Source: Octopus sinensis
Lineage: Eukaryota
Reading direction: 5' to 3'
Assembly: GCF_006345805.1 (NCBI RefSeq)
Contig: NC_043001.1
Coordinates: forward strand, 89,466,001-89,530,000
Length of the DNA: 64,000 nucleotides
This document shows positions 10,576 to 22,690 of this stretch, in pieces. The notes beneath the pieces are model-generated. The model did not search any database and was not told the origin of the DNA. It worked only from the letters and a program-made list of their open reading frames with translations. Each line of letters starts with the position of its first letter. Position 1 is the stretch's first letter. A program made the position numbers and the translations under genes.

Positions 10576-13500
10576 CCTGCTGACTTGTGGCTGAAATAGT
10601 TAAAAGAAATTTAGTAGAATAATTACATAAATTTCAATATTAATAATAGTTTCACATCTTCGCACAAGGCCAGCAATTTATTTAGGAGTGGGGATAAGTC
10701 AATTACATCAATTCCAGTGCTCAAATGGTACTTAATTTATTGACCTGAAAAGTATGAAAGGTAAAGCTGAGCTTAACGGAGTTTGAACTTAGAATGTAAA
10801 GCCAGAAAAACTGCTGCTAAATATTTTGTCCAGCATGGAAACAATTCTGCCAGCTTGCCACTTTACTTTAAATAATAACACAAGACCCAAATTTTGGGAA
10901 GAGGTATAAGGTGATTAAACTTTACCAGTAGTTATTTTATTGATCCTTTAGGGTTGAATTTGGTGGGATTTAAACTTAGAACATGAAAGACAAACCTAAA
11001 TATAAGCCATTGTCTGCTACTCTACTGCTTCAGTCTGGCACAAGGATATAGTTGAATTAATCTATTGTCTAGTTTAACACCAGTACATAGTACTTCGGTG
11101 CCTTTGGCAGGGGCCACCCTGTTGCAAACATTTGGGCTGAGGTCTCTCATCAGATGACGATTTTCACCAGTTTCAGGGGTCAGAGACCAAACTACTGTAT
11201 GAAATTTAATCCAGAGAAACGAAAGGCAAAGTTCCTAAAATAAATAACTGTCAGTCAAATACAAAGTTATTTCCAACAACAGTGCTCCACACCCTACAAA
11301 ATATGAGGTATTGTGTAAATGTTAAACATTATCATCTACATCAGGGGGTCACTAATCACCGGGGCATGAATCATTTCGAACTGAACCGCATAGAAAGAAT
11401 AAATTTTAAAGTTTAATTTCTATTTTATTGACTATTGCTTTCTGTGGAGTATTTTTTGCATTATATATGTAATAATTAAATTATATATTATGAACTTTAT
11501 TGTCTTTTATTATGCTCGTGATCCTCCGATTCGTGGTACAAAAAAAAAAAAGTTCTAAAGAAACTTCGCACCTACCCCCACCGCGCACAATTTTGTAGTA
11601 AAAAGATGCATTTTTGAAAACTTAAATTGTATTTCACATATCTCATTTTTTACAATTTAATTGATTAGTTGTTAAAAAAAAATTTCGTCCGTTTAAGGCA
11701 AACCAATTTTAAAAAACATTTTTAATTATAAAATTTCATTACAGATGTTGATTCTTCGTTTTCAACTTTTGACAAACTTATAAATTTGAATATAAAAACA
11801 AAATACTAAAAAAAAAAAAAAATTTCTAGGAAATTTCACAAGGGAAATTCCCTGTACCAATCAATCAAAACAAAAGAAATGAAATTTTTAAGTTTTCAAT
11901 TTCATTTTTAAAACCTTAGTTTATTTTTTCAATGACTTTCGTTCAATTTAAATTCTGACAAAATAAATACAATTATATAAACACAGAAAATGATTTGAAA
12001 CATCTTAAATTTTAAATTTCGAACCTCTAAACAAATGCAGCGAGCAAAGAATCCATCCGAATTACTGGTTTCTTTTGATAAATGAAGGAATACTAACCAT
12101 GAATTGAAACCGCATCGTCGTCACACCTCACAGGGAACTAATTACACTGATCATGTAATCGATTTCCATTACTTATGCTACAGATTTATGAGACTAACGT
12201 CAGATTTTTCACAATAGCATCAACAATGTAAATCAATCTCAACAAAGATATGTGAGAATTCCATCGATCAACAAGAGGCCATTCGTATAAATTATTGAAG
12301 GAACATACAGGACAAGATTAGGAGCCATGGAAACTGGGAATCGATTACCAATAAAGGATGTCGAGTCACAGACAACAAACTAATTACAGAATAAACTTGT
12401 TAGATATTAGAACATTCGTTATAAAAGTTCCCTTCTAATATGCAGAAAAGGTAGGCCGATGTAAATCAACAAGTTATAATTTCCTAAAACTTTGTGTAGA
12501 GATATTGTTCCTTTTGTTTCCTTTCTGACGAATTTTTAAAGACACGAACATCAGTGAAACGTCATTAATTCCCGACTTAGATACACAATTAACAAAAGTT
12601 TACAACTTAATTAACCAGGTCCCTAAGTGAACCGGTGTCGGTAGAAATGTCTTCCTGGAACATAGGGTCCATCGCTGCCACAACAAATTCATGACCAAAC
12701 GATATAATGGGGTATCTGCGCTTTTACGTTCCTAAATTCAAAATTGGCCCTAAATATGTATACATGTATTTATGTATATTTTGTTGTTATTTACTTCCCA
12801 AAGAACTGGGGACCAACAATGAAACACATGCAGATGGAATTTAGGATCGTTAAAGTGGAGGATACCCTAAAAATGTAACAAAATGAACGGACAGAGTCGA
12901 TAGTCACTGAGACGGTTGCAAAAAAATGCAACGAAAGAGCTTTGACAAAAAAAATTGGTTATTTAATAAATGAGAGGAATTGAACCAGTGTGTGTGTGTT
13001 AATTATAGTGGCATGATGACTCTCCATAGACGTAACAAAATAAATTACCAGATCAATGACATTAATTACGTCAATATTTACGGAAAGTTCATAAGAGTAA
13101 AACAAAATAATTTTGGTGTGAGGAAAACATTGCATCTCTCTTCTACAAAGATTTGTTTTTCCCCACGAAATGTCTTCTTTTCCTTCATAACAACATAGTT
13201 TATTCCACTTCACAAACTTTTCACTATTTGGTTTTCACTATTTGCCGACGACACAGACTGTTACTAGTTGCATTGGATAAATAGTTTCTGATTTAGGCAC
13301 AAAGCCGGCAATTTTTAGGAAAGGGGTTGGTCGATACCATCGTTCTCAGTACTTAACTGGTACTTTATTTTATTGTCCCCCAGGGTGCAAAATGAAAGAC
13401 AAAGTTAACTTTGACAGGATTTACCTCAGAAACATTTGCATCTTTTTACTGATTTCTTTTTTCTTTTATTCTTTTTATTTCTGCATTTTCTTCCTGTTTA

Positions 13501-14394
13501 CTTTTGAATATTTATAATAATAATTGTCCATTATAAATATTGCATATATATTTAATTTTGTACAATATACATAGTTAAAAACGATTTTTTTTGTTGCATA
13601 AATTTAAATCTAATTTCGATTTTTTTAATAGTCAGAATCAAATGCTTTTACTTCTAGGTATTCCAGCTTGACATCCAAAAGTTCATTATCGTCTGTTATT
13701 TTACAGGGCTGTAACAGACTTGATAGAATGAGTAATGATCACCTGGTAGAAATAACTTAATTTCCCTCAAATCACATCCAGCATAACAGGGGTGGGGTGC
13801 CAAACTGTAGTTATGCCTCCTCATCCTACAGTCTCAAAACACGGGACAGTGACATCTGGAATGTCTTTGATCATATGTTTGTTGGATCAAGACTATCGTA
13901 AAGTTAAACAATAACTTCATTAATTTAGCAATAAATGCTACTGTAATTTAAACTAAAATCTGTGTATTTGGTGTTGTAACACCATATTCGGTTAACTTGG
14001 TGAGTTTGTTTCAATTAAGGAAACTATATATAAACTATGCTAACAAAATTTAAAATACGTATCAATTTATGATGAAATATGTCCAAAGTAAGAGATAGAA
14101 AGTTCAAATACAGATTTATATTATTGAAGTAAAAAAATATTTGAAATATTTTTTATCAGACATATCATCATTATTTTAACTGAAAAGTTAAATCTTCGAA
14201 TTTATAAAATAATATTAAAACAAAGATAAGTTGTTATTAGATAAGGAAAAAGCAGACAGACGGTATAATTATGTATAATTGAACTTCACCTGATTTCAGA
14301 CACCGGCCCCAGGATGGTAGCTGTTACTGTTGGTGGTGTCCATTTATTTATGATAGAGTCACAACTGACATTTTTCGCTCGCTGCTACGTCATT

Positions 14395-14408
14395 GCTGTC
14401 ATAGCAAC
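14395..14408 (+). promoter_or_regulatory. RFX X-box-like motif upstream of NME5
   Basis: GCTGTC-AT-AGCAAC versus consensus GTTGCC-AT-RGYAAC. Perfect right half-site, about 300 bp before the ATG. Confidence 0.55.
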
Positions 14409-14714
14409 TACTAACACAACAATGTTGGAAAGAAGGGAACGATTAGTAAAAGAATGAGAAAGATAAAGCGGAGGAGAAAGAGAGGGGGAGAAAAAGAGAG
14501 ACAAAGACAAAGGGTTTGAAAGAGAGGGAGAGGAATAGGGGGAGAGAATGAAAAGGAGAAAGATATGAAGGAAAATAAGAGAGCGAGTGTTGAGTAATAT
14601 CATGAAAAAGAAAAATATAGAGGGAAGATAGGGACAGTTTGAGAGAGAGAGAGAGAGAGAGAGAGTGAGTGTTTATTGAATATATAGAACCATAACTGAA
14701 ATAAAACTTCAGCA

Positions 14715-14849
14715 ATGACTGAAAAAGTAAAAAGATGTCATCCCAAAGCCTATGTTGATAAAACTTTAGCTATCATTAAACCAGAAGCTGTGAAATATGC
14801 TGATGTTATAGAAGATATTATTCTACGGACAGGTTTCACTATTGTCAAT
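14715..14849 (+). CDS. NME5: NME5 (NDP kinase homolog 5 / radial spoke RSPH23) coding exon 1
   Basis: MTEKVKRCHPKAYVDKTLAIIKPEAV...GFTIVN with the NDK 'KTLAIIKP' motif. gtaagt donor at 14850. Confidence 0.93.
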
Positions 14850-15984
14850 GTAAGTACCTCAAATGTTGCACATATATGTTGATAGTCTCTTCCTTCTGTT
14901 TTTGGTTGCCTACCACTTTAATGTTTGGTAGTGATGGTATTGGTGGTGGAGTTTTTCAGTACATATTCTAGGTCAGCCCTTATCCAACAGATCTATAATT
15001 TAAGACATTTTAGCCGTGACTATCTGTTGTTTTTATATCGTGGATCACTTTGTTTAAAGTATCCTTCTCAGGCGCGATCCTAGGAATTTTTCGAAGAAAG
15101 GGCACAAGGTCAGAAGGAATACAATTCTAGGAGAAAAGAGCGCAATAACATTATTTAGAAAGGCACACTTCTTTTCTTGAGGAGGGCACGTATCCCACAA
15201 CCCTCCATCTGGGTCCGCCCCTGCTTCTTTATTTAAGGTGGTAGAGTTTAGATTTAAAGATTTGACTACTATTTCTTGCAGGTCGAGCGATCACTTACAG
15301 GCTCCCCCGCCCCCCGTTTCTATGTCAAAGGCATTTCAGGCAAGACCATCTTGTCTTTTTTATACGACCAGTACTATATTATTGAGGGTGCCACTGGATT
15401 TTTTTAGATAGCAGGATATATTTTAAGAAGAGATTTACCAGCTGATTCATGAAGGTTGAATGACTATGTAGAAGCTCCATTATTAGCTCATGCTGTGGTA
15501 TTGACTGTGATGTTGTCAATGATGGAGAAATAATGAAGACAATGGTGATGATGGTGGTGATAGCAATAGTTTTAATAGTTTCAGTCAGTATTTTGATGAT
15601 CCTTATAGAGACACAAAGTGATTAATTCAAGGCCTGAGAGAGGTAGTGACAAATCAAGAAGAAATGGGTATGTCAAGCTATTTAGCTCCTCTACAGTAAG
15701 AAGGCTGTTCTGTTTTGGCCCTTTCTTATACTTGAACCCCTCATCACCTAGCACAAATCTGTTTCCCTCTCTACTGCAGCCCAGTCTGTCAAAGGAGATC
15801 ATAGTTTTGTAAGTCACATGGCGACCTCACTAGTGCTGGTGCCATGAAAAAGCACCCAATACATTCTGTAAAGTGGTTGGCATTAGGAAGGGCATGCAGC
15901 TATAGAGAACATGTCAAAGCAGATACTAGAGCCAGCATGTAAGACATATATTTGTAGTGACGCATTCCTTGTAGTGACTATAAA

Positions 15985-16311
15985 TAGTGAGGGCGCGTGG
16001 CTTAGTGGTTAGGGCATTCGGCTCATGATCGTAAGGTTGTGAGTTCGATTCCCGGCGACGCGTTGTGTCCTTGAGCAAGACACTTTATTTCACGTTGCTC
16101 CAGTCCACTCAGCTGGCAAAAATGAGTTGTACTTGTATTTCAAAGGGTCAGCCTTGTCACTCTCTGTGTCACGCTGATTATCCCCGAGAACTACGTTAAG
16201 GGTACACGTGTCTGTGGAATGCTCAGCCATTTGCACGTTAATTTCACGAGCAAGCTGTTCCGTTGATCGTATCAGCTGGGACCCTCGTCGTCGTAACCGG
16301 CGGAGTCTTTA
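15985..16311 (+). mobile_element. Full-length tRNA-derived SINE (family also at about 30370, about 30800, about 17215-17350)
   Basis: A box TGGCTTAGTGG, B box GTTCGATTC. 12-bp TSD AGTGACTATAAA. Confidence 0.85.
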
Positions 16312-17479
16312 AGTGACTATAAAACTCAGATAACCAAATAGTACACAATATAATAAAAATGGCAAAATTTACATCATATATTAAAAGATGACAATGAGGA
16401 TGATAATGAATTTTATCAACATGTAACCTCCTCTTTAGCATATAAATAACCCTCATGTTTAACACCACCACTTGAGTGTTGGAAAGCTTGGATTACAACT
16501 CTAGTTCTCTTCCTATCTATGATTTTTTTTACACACATTGATCTTTAGATGCATATTTTGAGCTGCAGCAGCATCAGTGTCACCTGAGTGAGAGAGAGGT
16601 AGTAATACAAGTTATAGAGCATGGTACTGCCTCTCCTCTCCTCTCCTAATCAACTTATTAAAGGAAATGTTACACACTGCCCACCCAACATACATGTATC
16701 ACCAACTACCTGCTCAAGAAGCCATATCAACCTTAACCCTTCTGTTACTGTATTTATTTTGAGATGCTCTATGTTTCTTTCAATTACTTTAATTATAACA
16801 AAGAATTTAGTAAAATAACTTAGTTATCATTCAGCAGGTGTTAGGAACATAAAGTGTGACTAAGGTTTGGTGGAAGATTTTAATTAAAATCTTATGAAAA
16901 CAAAACATTTGTACTCAGAGCCAGAGCCGGTTTCAGCCGGGTTGGTAACGAAAGGATTAACTAATGTGACAAACTAGCAAAAGTTACAGAGTCAGAAAAA
17001 AATCCTTTACAGTATTTCAAATCCTACTGAGGCCAGCTTTGTCTTTCTTCCCTTGACTGGCACTCTGTCAGTTATGACGACAAGAGTTCCAGTTGATCCG
17101 ATCCACAAAACAGCCAGCTCATAAAATCAATGTCTACAGCACAATTACTCTTAACATAGATCTTAGGGAGATTCAGCATGATACAGAATGTGACAAGGCC
17201 AGCCCTTTTGAATTACAGGTACAACTTATTTTTGCGAGCTGAGTAGACTGGAGCAACATGAAATAAAGTGTTCTGCTCACAGATACAACACGTCTGGGAA
17301 TCGAACTCACGATCATGAACCAATTACCCTAACCACTAAGCTACGCGCCTTCCCTTTGGTGTCAATAAAGTAAAGTAGCAGTCATATACTGGTGTTAGTA
17401 GAATTGACTAATCTTCTCCCTTCAAAATTGCTGGCCATATGCCTAAATCAGAGACTATTATCTCAACTATTTATTTCAG

Positions 17480-17685
17480 AGACGCCGTGTTCACATGACA
17501 CCAGAACAAGCCAGCGACTTCTATAGCGAACATTTTGGTAAGATGTTCTTCACCAAACTGGTGGAATATATGAGCCAGGGACCCATTATCTGCCTTATAA
17601 TAGCAAGGGACAATGCTATCACCACTTGGGAGGAGCTGATGGGGCCTACAAATACATTCAATGCACGAGAAACCTATCCAGACAG
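17480..17685 (+). CDS. NME5: NME5 coding exon 2
   Basis: RRRVHMTPEQASDFYSEHFGKMFF...GPTNTFNARETYPD. cag acceptor, gt donor, 206 nt. Confidence 0.95.
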
Positions 17686-19774
17686 GTAGAAACTATTATT
17701 ATTATTAATATTATTATTCATTTCATTACTTAATATTGTCCTAAATGTTTTAGGCCCTTGTGGTCTATAAAACAAATTATTATTACCATTGTTATTGTTG
17801 TTGTTGTTGTTTTTGCTGTTGTTGTTGTTGATCTTAGTGGTTAATAAAGAAAGTATTATTATTATTGTTTTACTTCTCAGAGCGCTCAGTCTTGTTTGCT
17901 CTGATTGATTTTGTGAGAGTGGACAGCAGCCATTTGTCAGGTGTCTCATGGGGTCTCTTTTCACACATTATAAGTTTTGATACTAGGTTGTTAATTACCG
18001 TGGAAGACATTCAACATCCAAGTACCAATCTCAAAATCCTAGCTGTCAGCAGCAGAGCAATTTTGGAGGTTTGCTCTGCTCTCATGTCAATTCCGATTTT
18101 TCTGATATATTTCTTGAACTTGGTTGTTACTGGTCTGAGTGCCCCTTATTATAACTATTATTATTGTTTTTTAACTGAGGTTTTGTTGGAACCCCTGGAG
18201 TCTTGCATGTGTAGCAGTTTCACTGCCTCTAGCCTACAACACTATGCTATCTGTTCCTTTCAGCTATCTAATATTTTCCTGATTATTCTGGCTGTGCCAA
18301 GGAGGCAAACCTTTTGTAGAAGTTCTACTGGGCACTCTATTCCAATTTAACTTCATATTCCTCTTGATGCCTTCTGATACTGTCCCCAAGGACTCAACTA
18401 TAATTAGCACTATCTTCACCTTCTTCATTTTCTATACCCTAGCTATTTTGTTGTTGCTGGCACAATCATTAGCATGCTGGACAAAATGCTGCTAAGCATC
18501 TTTGTGTTCTAAGTTCAAATTCCACCAAGGTTGACTTTGCCTTTCATCCCTTTGGGGTCAATGAAATAAGTGTCAATCAAGCACTGGGTTCAATGTAATT
18601 GACTTACTCCTCCCCCAAAATTTCAGGCCTTGTGCCTATAATAGAAAGGATTATTATTATTATTATTAATTTTATTATCATTTGTTGTTGGATTTTGATA
18701 AGAAAGTCACATTTCATGGTGGCTCAGTCAATTTTCTGAAAATGTCATCATTTTTGCTTGCCTGAAAATTTACCCTTACTGTTTCCTATTGTGAATTGCA
18801 CTGTAGAGTTCACCCACATCTCTTTGGTGTGATTTTCCTTTTTGCCTGACTCACCCTTTCAAAGGAATCATCTATTTCAAATTTGGGTTATCCAAACTTC
18901 ATAATTCCTTTAAAATATATCTGTACCAAGAGAGTTGATATATACATAAAAAAAATAAAATGAATTCATAGTAATTAAGAGCCCAATTAATAACGTTGTT
19001 GAACTCCAATGTTATTACATTGCAGTAAATCGAAATAGAATCAACTTCTATCTATATATATAATCAGCTAAAACAATCTTTTACCACAACATATTTAGAA
19101 TAAAAAGCAGAAAAGCATAAATTTCACATATATCATCATCGTTTAACGTCCACTTTCCATGCTAGCATGGGTTGGACGATTTGACTGAGGTTTGGCGAAT
19201 CAGATGGCTGCACCAGACTCCAATCTGATCTGGCAGAGTTTCTACAGCTGGATGCCCTTCCTTAATGATATAATTATACTCAACAACTGTTTCATTAGCA
19301 TGAGCATCATTAAATCCATAATTACAGAGTTAAGATACATAATTAATTTATGTAAATTAAATTAATTTAAAAGCAATGTTTACACAGATCATCAGCAGTA
19401 CTACATAATGCTTTAGGTAAACATTACTTTCAAATTCATTTAATTTAAATTAATTATATGTCTTGGTTGCATAATCATGAAATTAATGATATTTATGCTG
19501 CCGAAACAACTATTGAGCAAAATTAAATGATGAACTATGTATGAAATTTATGCTTTTCTGCTTCTTATTTTAAATATGAATATTACATTTCTAAATATCT
19601 CAAAGAGATATAAGCAGTGGTGGTACGATAGAGTAGTTGTATACTGTCAACTTAATGTGACAGTCCCATGAAGGGAATCGCACCACTGTTATTTAGCCCT
19701 AGGAAGCATCATATTTCCTGTGTCCTTATATTTACAAGGGGGAGACAAGTACCCCCACCCAGCAAAGCCTGCAA

Positions 19775-19816
19775 CCAGAGACTAGTTTCTGAGTATTTGC
19801 TCATCATCAGTCTGGA
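19775..19816 (-). ncRNA. Minimal type-I hammerhead motif in NME5 intron 2 (antisense)
   Basis: Reverse complement reads TCCAGA CTGATGA TGAG-caaata-CTCA GAA ACTAGT C TCTGG. Confidence 0.7.
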
Positions 19817-20061
19817 GTAGCATGGCCTGCTAGTTGGAGATGCCTATCTAGCTCTTGTAAACATATAAGAATTCTAGTGAAATAAATCCACTGATTACAA
19901 AAATAGAAATATTACATTTCTAAATATCTCAGAGAGATATAAGTAGTAGTGGTATGATAGAGTAGTTGTATTCTGTCAACCTAATGTGACAGTCCCATGA
20001 AGGGAATGACAGCACTGCTATTTAGCCCTAAAAAGCAACTCCAGCTAGCAGGCCATGCTAC

Positions 20062-20104
20062 TCCAGACTGATGACGAGCAAAGACTCAGAAACTAGTCTC
20101 TGGA
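20062..20104 (+). ncRNA. Minimal type-I hammerhead motif in NME5 intron 2 (sense)
   Basis: TCCAGA CTGATGA CGAG-caaaga-CTCA GAA ACTAGT C TCTGGA. One mismatch at the base of stem II. Confidence 0.65.
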
Positions 20105-22589
20105 TGCAGGCTTAGCTGGGTGGGGGTGCTTGTCTCCCCTTTGTAAACATAAGGACACAGGAAATGTGTCAAGGCCAACAGGAAGCATTGATGCTTCCTA
20201 GGGCTAAATATATAGCAGTGGTGTGATTCCCTTCATGGGACTGTCACATTAAGTTGACAGTATACAACTACTCTATTTTAAATATGTTTATTAATAAAAA
20301 GAAAAAAAACAACAGAGATCCTCATGAAAAGAATAATAATGTTCATGGAGAAAAGTGAGTTAGAGGAAGTGAATAAGAAAAGAGACATTAGACGTGAAGA
20401 AAAAATGCCAAGAAAGTGGGGCTTACACACTCACACACATACATACACATATATATTATCATACACATATATATTATTATCATCATTTCTTTCTCATAAC
20501 AATTGAAATTATTGGACTCTTCCACAAACCTTTCTTATCAACAAATTGTTGCTAATGGAAACCATCACCAGATTTTGCCTTGTCAATTAAATCAGCTCTT
20601 ACGCAAGACCTTATAAAAACCTATTCTTCTTAACAATAGTATCATAGTTACTCTTGCTGCTGCTGTTGCTGCTGTTGTTGTTGTTGTTGTTGTTTAACTC
20701 CAGTTTAGTATTGATTTAATTGCAGGTTGAGAGTTGATCGACCAACAATGCCCATTGTTCTATATTGACTTTTCAGTATTCAGCTGATGAACCAGCTGTG
20801 ACCATCCCATTTTTATTCAGGTTTAGTGTATATAGAAATATTTAATCCATGTGTTCTTGAATTTTTTTTAAGACAATAGGCTGTGATTTAAGGGAGGTTA
20901 AGGGACCAACTACAAGCTCTGTTAACAATCTCATGTTGTGGTTTGGTCCTTGGTCAGCTCTACATGTTCCAGCTGTGATCTTTCTCTCTTTATTTAGATA
21001 TAGTGTGTCTTGGACCACATTAAAAAAAATAGTAGGATGTCATTTGAAGGAGATTTGGTTTCTATTTCTAACAGATATTGGCTGTGTAGTTAAGAAGCTT
21101 GTTTCCCAACCATGTTGTTCTGAGTTCAGTCTGACTGTGTGGCTCCTTGGGCAAGTGTTCTCTATTATAACCTCAAGGTGACCAAAGCCTTGTGAATGGG
21201 TTCAGCAGATGGAAAAGGAAAGACGCCCATCATTTGTGTGGCACCATCACCAGCAGGGCCACCAAGTAACTTGCAAGGCAAGGAATTTTCAGGGTGGTGC
21301 CCCAGCATGACTGCAGTCTAGTGACTGAAACAAATAAAAGATAGACTTTTCAATGCTTGCACAGGTCAGACTGTATTTGGAGGCAGATATTCTACAGCTG
21401 GATGTCCTTCCTGTTGCCAACCCTTACCTGTTTCCAAATATGGTAATGTTTCTGCATAGCCAGACATATTTTGTGAAAGACTGGAAATGAACAGCATCAA
21501 ATCTACACTGTGAAATGGTTGGCATTTTGAACAGCATCCAGCTATAAAAACCATGCCAAAACTGACCTCACCTGTGCTGGTGCCATGTGAAAAGCACTCA
21601 ATCCACTCTACAGAGTGGTTGGTGTTAGAAAGGGCATTCAACTGTAAAAAACCATACCAAAACAGACACAGAAGTCTGGTGTAGTCTTCTATCTGGCCAG
21701 CCCCTGTCAAACCACCCAACCCATGCCAGTATGGGAGATGATTAAATGATGATATGATAATGATGATGATGATGTATATATATATACACACACACACATA
21801 TACACACATGTCCATATAGTTGTATATATATATGTATGTGTGTGTGTGTTTGTATATCCTTGTTTGCCATCATGTGATGATTGTAAACAAGCATCACTGT
21901 CATACAAGTGATGTTGTTTGTTTCCAGTCTTCTACAAAATATATGTCTGGCCATGGGGAAATACAACCTTCTTTGGAACCAGGTGAGGGTTGGTAACAGC
22001 TGTAGAATATCTGCCTCAGTAAATTTTGTCTGACTTGTGCAAGCATTGAAAAGTGGATCTTTTATCTTTTACTTGTTTCAGTTATTAGACTGTGGCCATG
22101 CTGGGGTACCACCCTGAAAAACTTTTAGTTCAATGAGTTGACCTCAGTACTATTTTTTTTAAAGCCTGGTATTTATTCTATTGTTCCCTTTTGCCAAACT
22201 TCTAAGTTATAGGGATGTAAACACACCAATGCTGGTTGTCAAGCAGTGGTGGTGGGGAACATATACACACACACACACACACAACAGGCATCTTTTAGTT
22301 TCTGTCTACCAAATCCACTCACAAGGCTTTGGTCAGCCCAAGGCTAAGTAGAAGTTACTTGCCCAAGCTGCCACGCAGTGGGACTGAACCCAGAACCATG
22401 TAATTGAGAAGCAAGCCTTTTATCATGCAGCCATGTCTGCACCATGCCTGAATGTTAAAAAAATGATGATGAGTGTAATTTCGTGATGGTTTAGCCATTG
22501 CCTCACCAAACCTCCTTTTGTTTTTGAATAATTTCTTCATGTGTAGAATGATAGTTGATAATTACATAACCTTTTATTCTGCTCCCTAG

Positions 22590-22690
22590 CATCCGTGCAG
22601 TCTATGGCACTGATGACATGCAAAATGCTGTCCATGGCAGTGAGAACATGACATGTGCTGAGAAAGAAATAAAATTCTTTTTTCCAGATA
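22590..22690 (+). CDS. NME5: NME5 coding exon 3 (contains the NAVHGS active-site motif)
   Basis: SIRAVYGTDDMQNAVHGSENMTCAEKEIKFFFPD. 101 nt, phase-compatible. Confidence 0.95.

Larger units (their letters stand above)
19578..20275. mobile_element. Composite Penelope-like / retrozyme-type element with inverted pLTR-like units
   Basis: 19629-19840 is approximately the reverse complement of 20039-20275. The tail and arm are repeated at 19904-20030. Contains two hammerheads. Confidence 0.65.

Noticed and set aside
11130-11192. Permuted hammerhead-like words on the - strand (GAAAC...GTC-AT-CTGATGA inside a GGTCTC/GAGACC stem)
   Set aside because: There is no room for stem I and stems II/III are not adjacent to the core, so it is treated as chance.
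12160-12790. Less AT-rich, coding-looking stretch upstream of FBF1
   Set aside because: Frames I translated are interrupted by stops and I recognised no motif. It is probably an old TE remnant and needs BLASTX.
15989-16060. tRNA-like sequences (also about 24360, 49835, 63364)
   Set aside because: They continue into SINE bodies with TSDs and lack a proper acceptor stem or terminator, so they are SINE heads, not tRNA genes.
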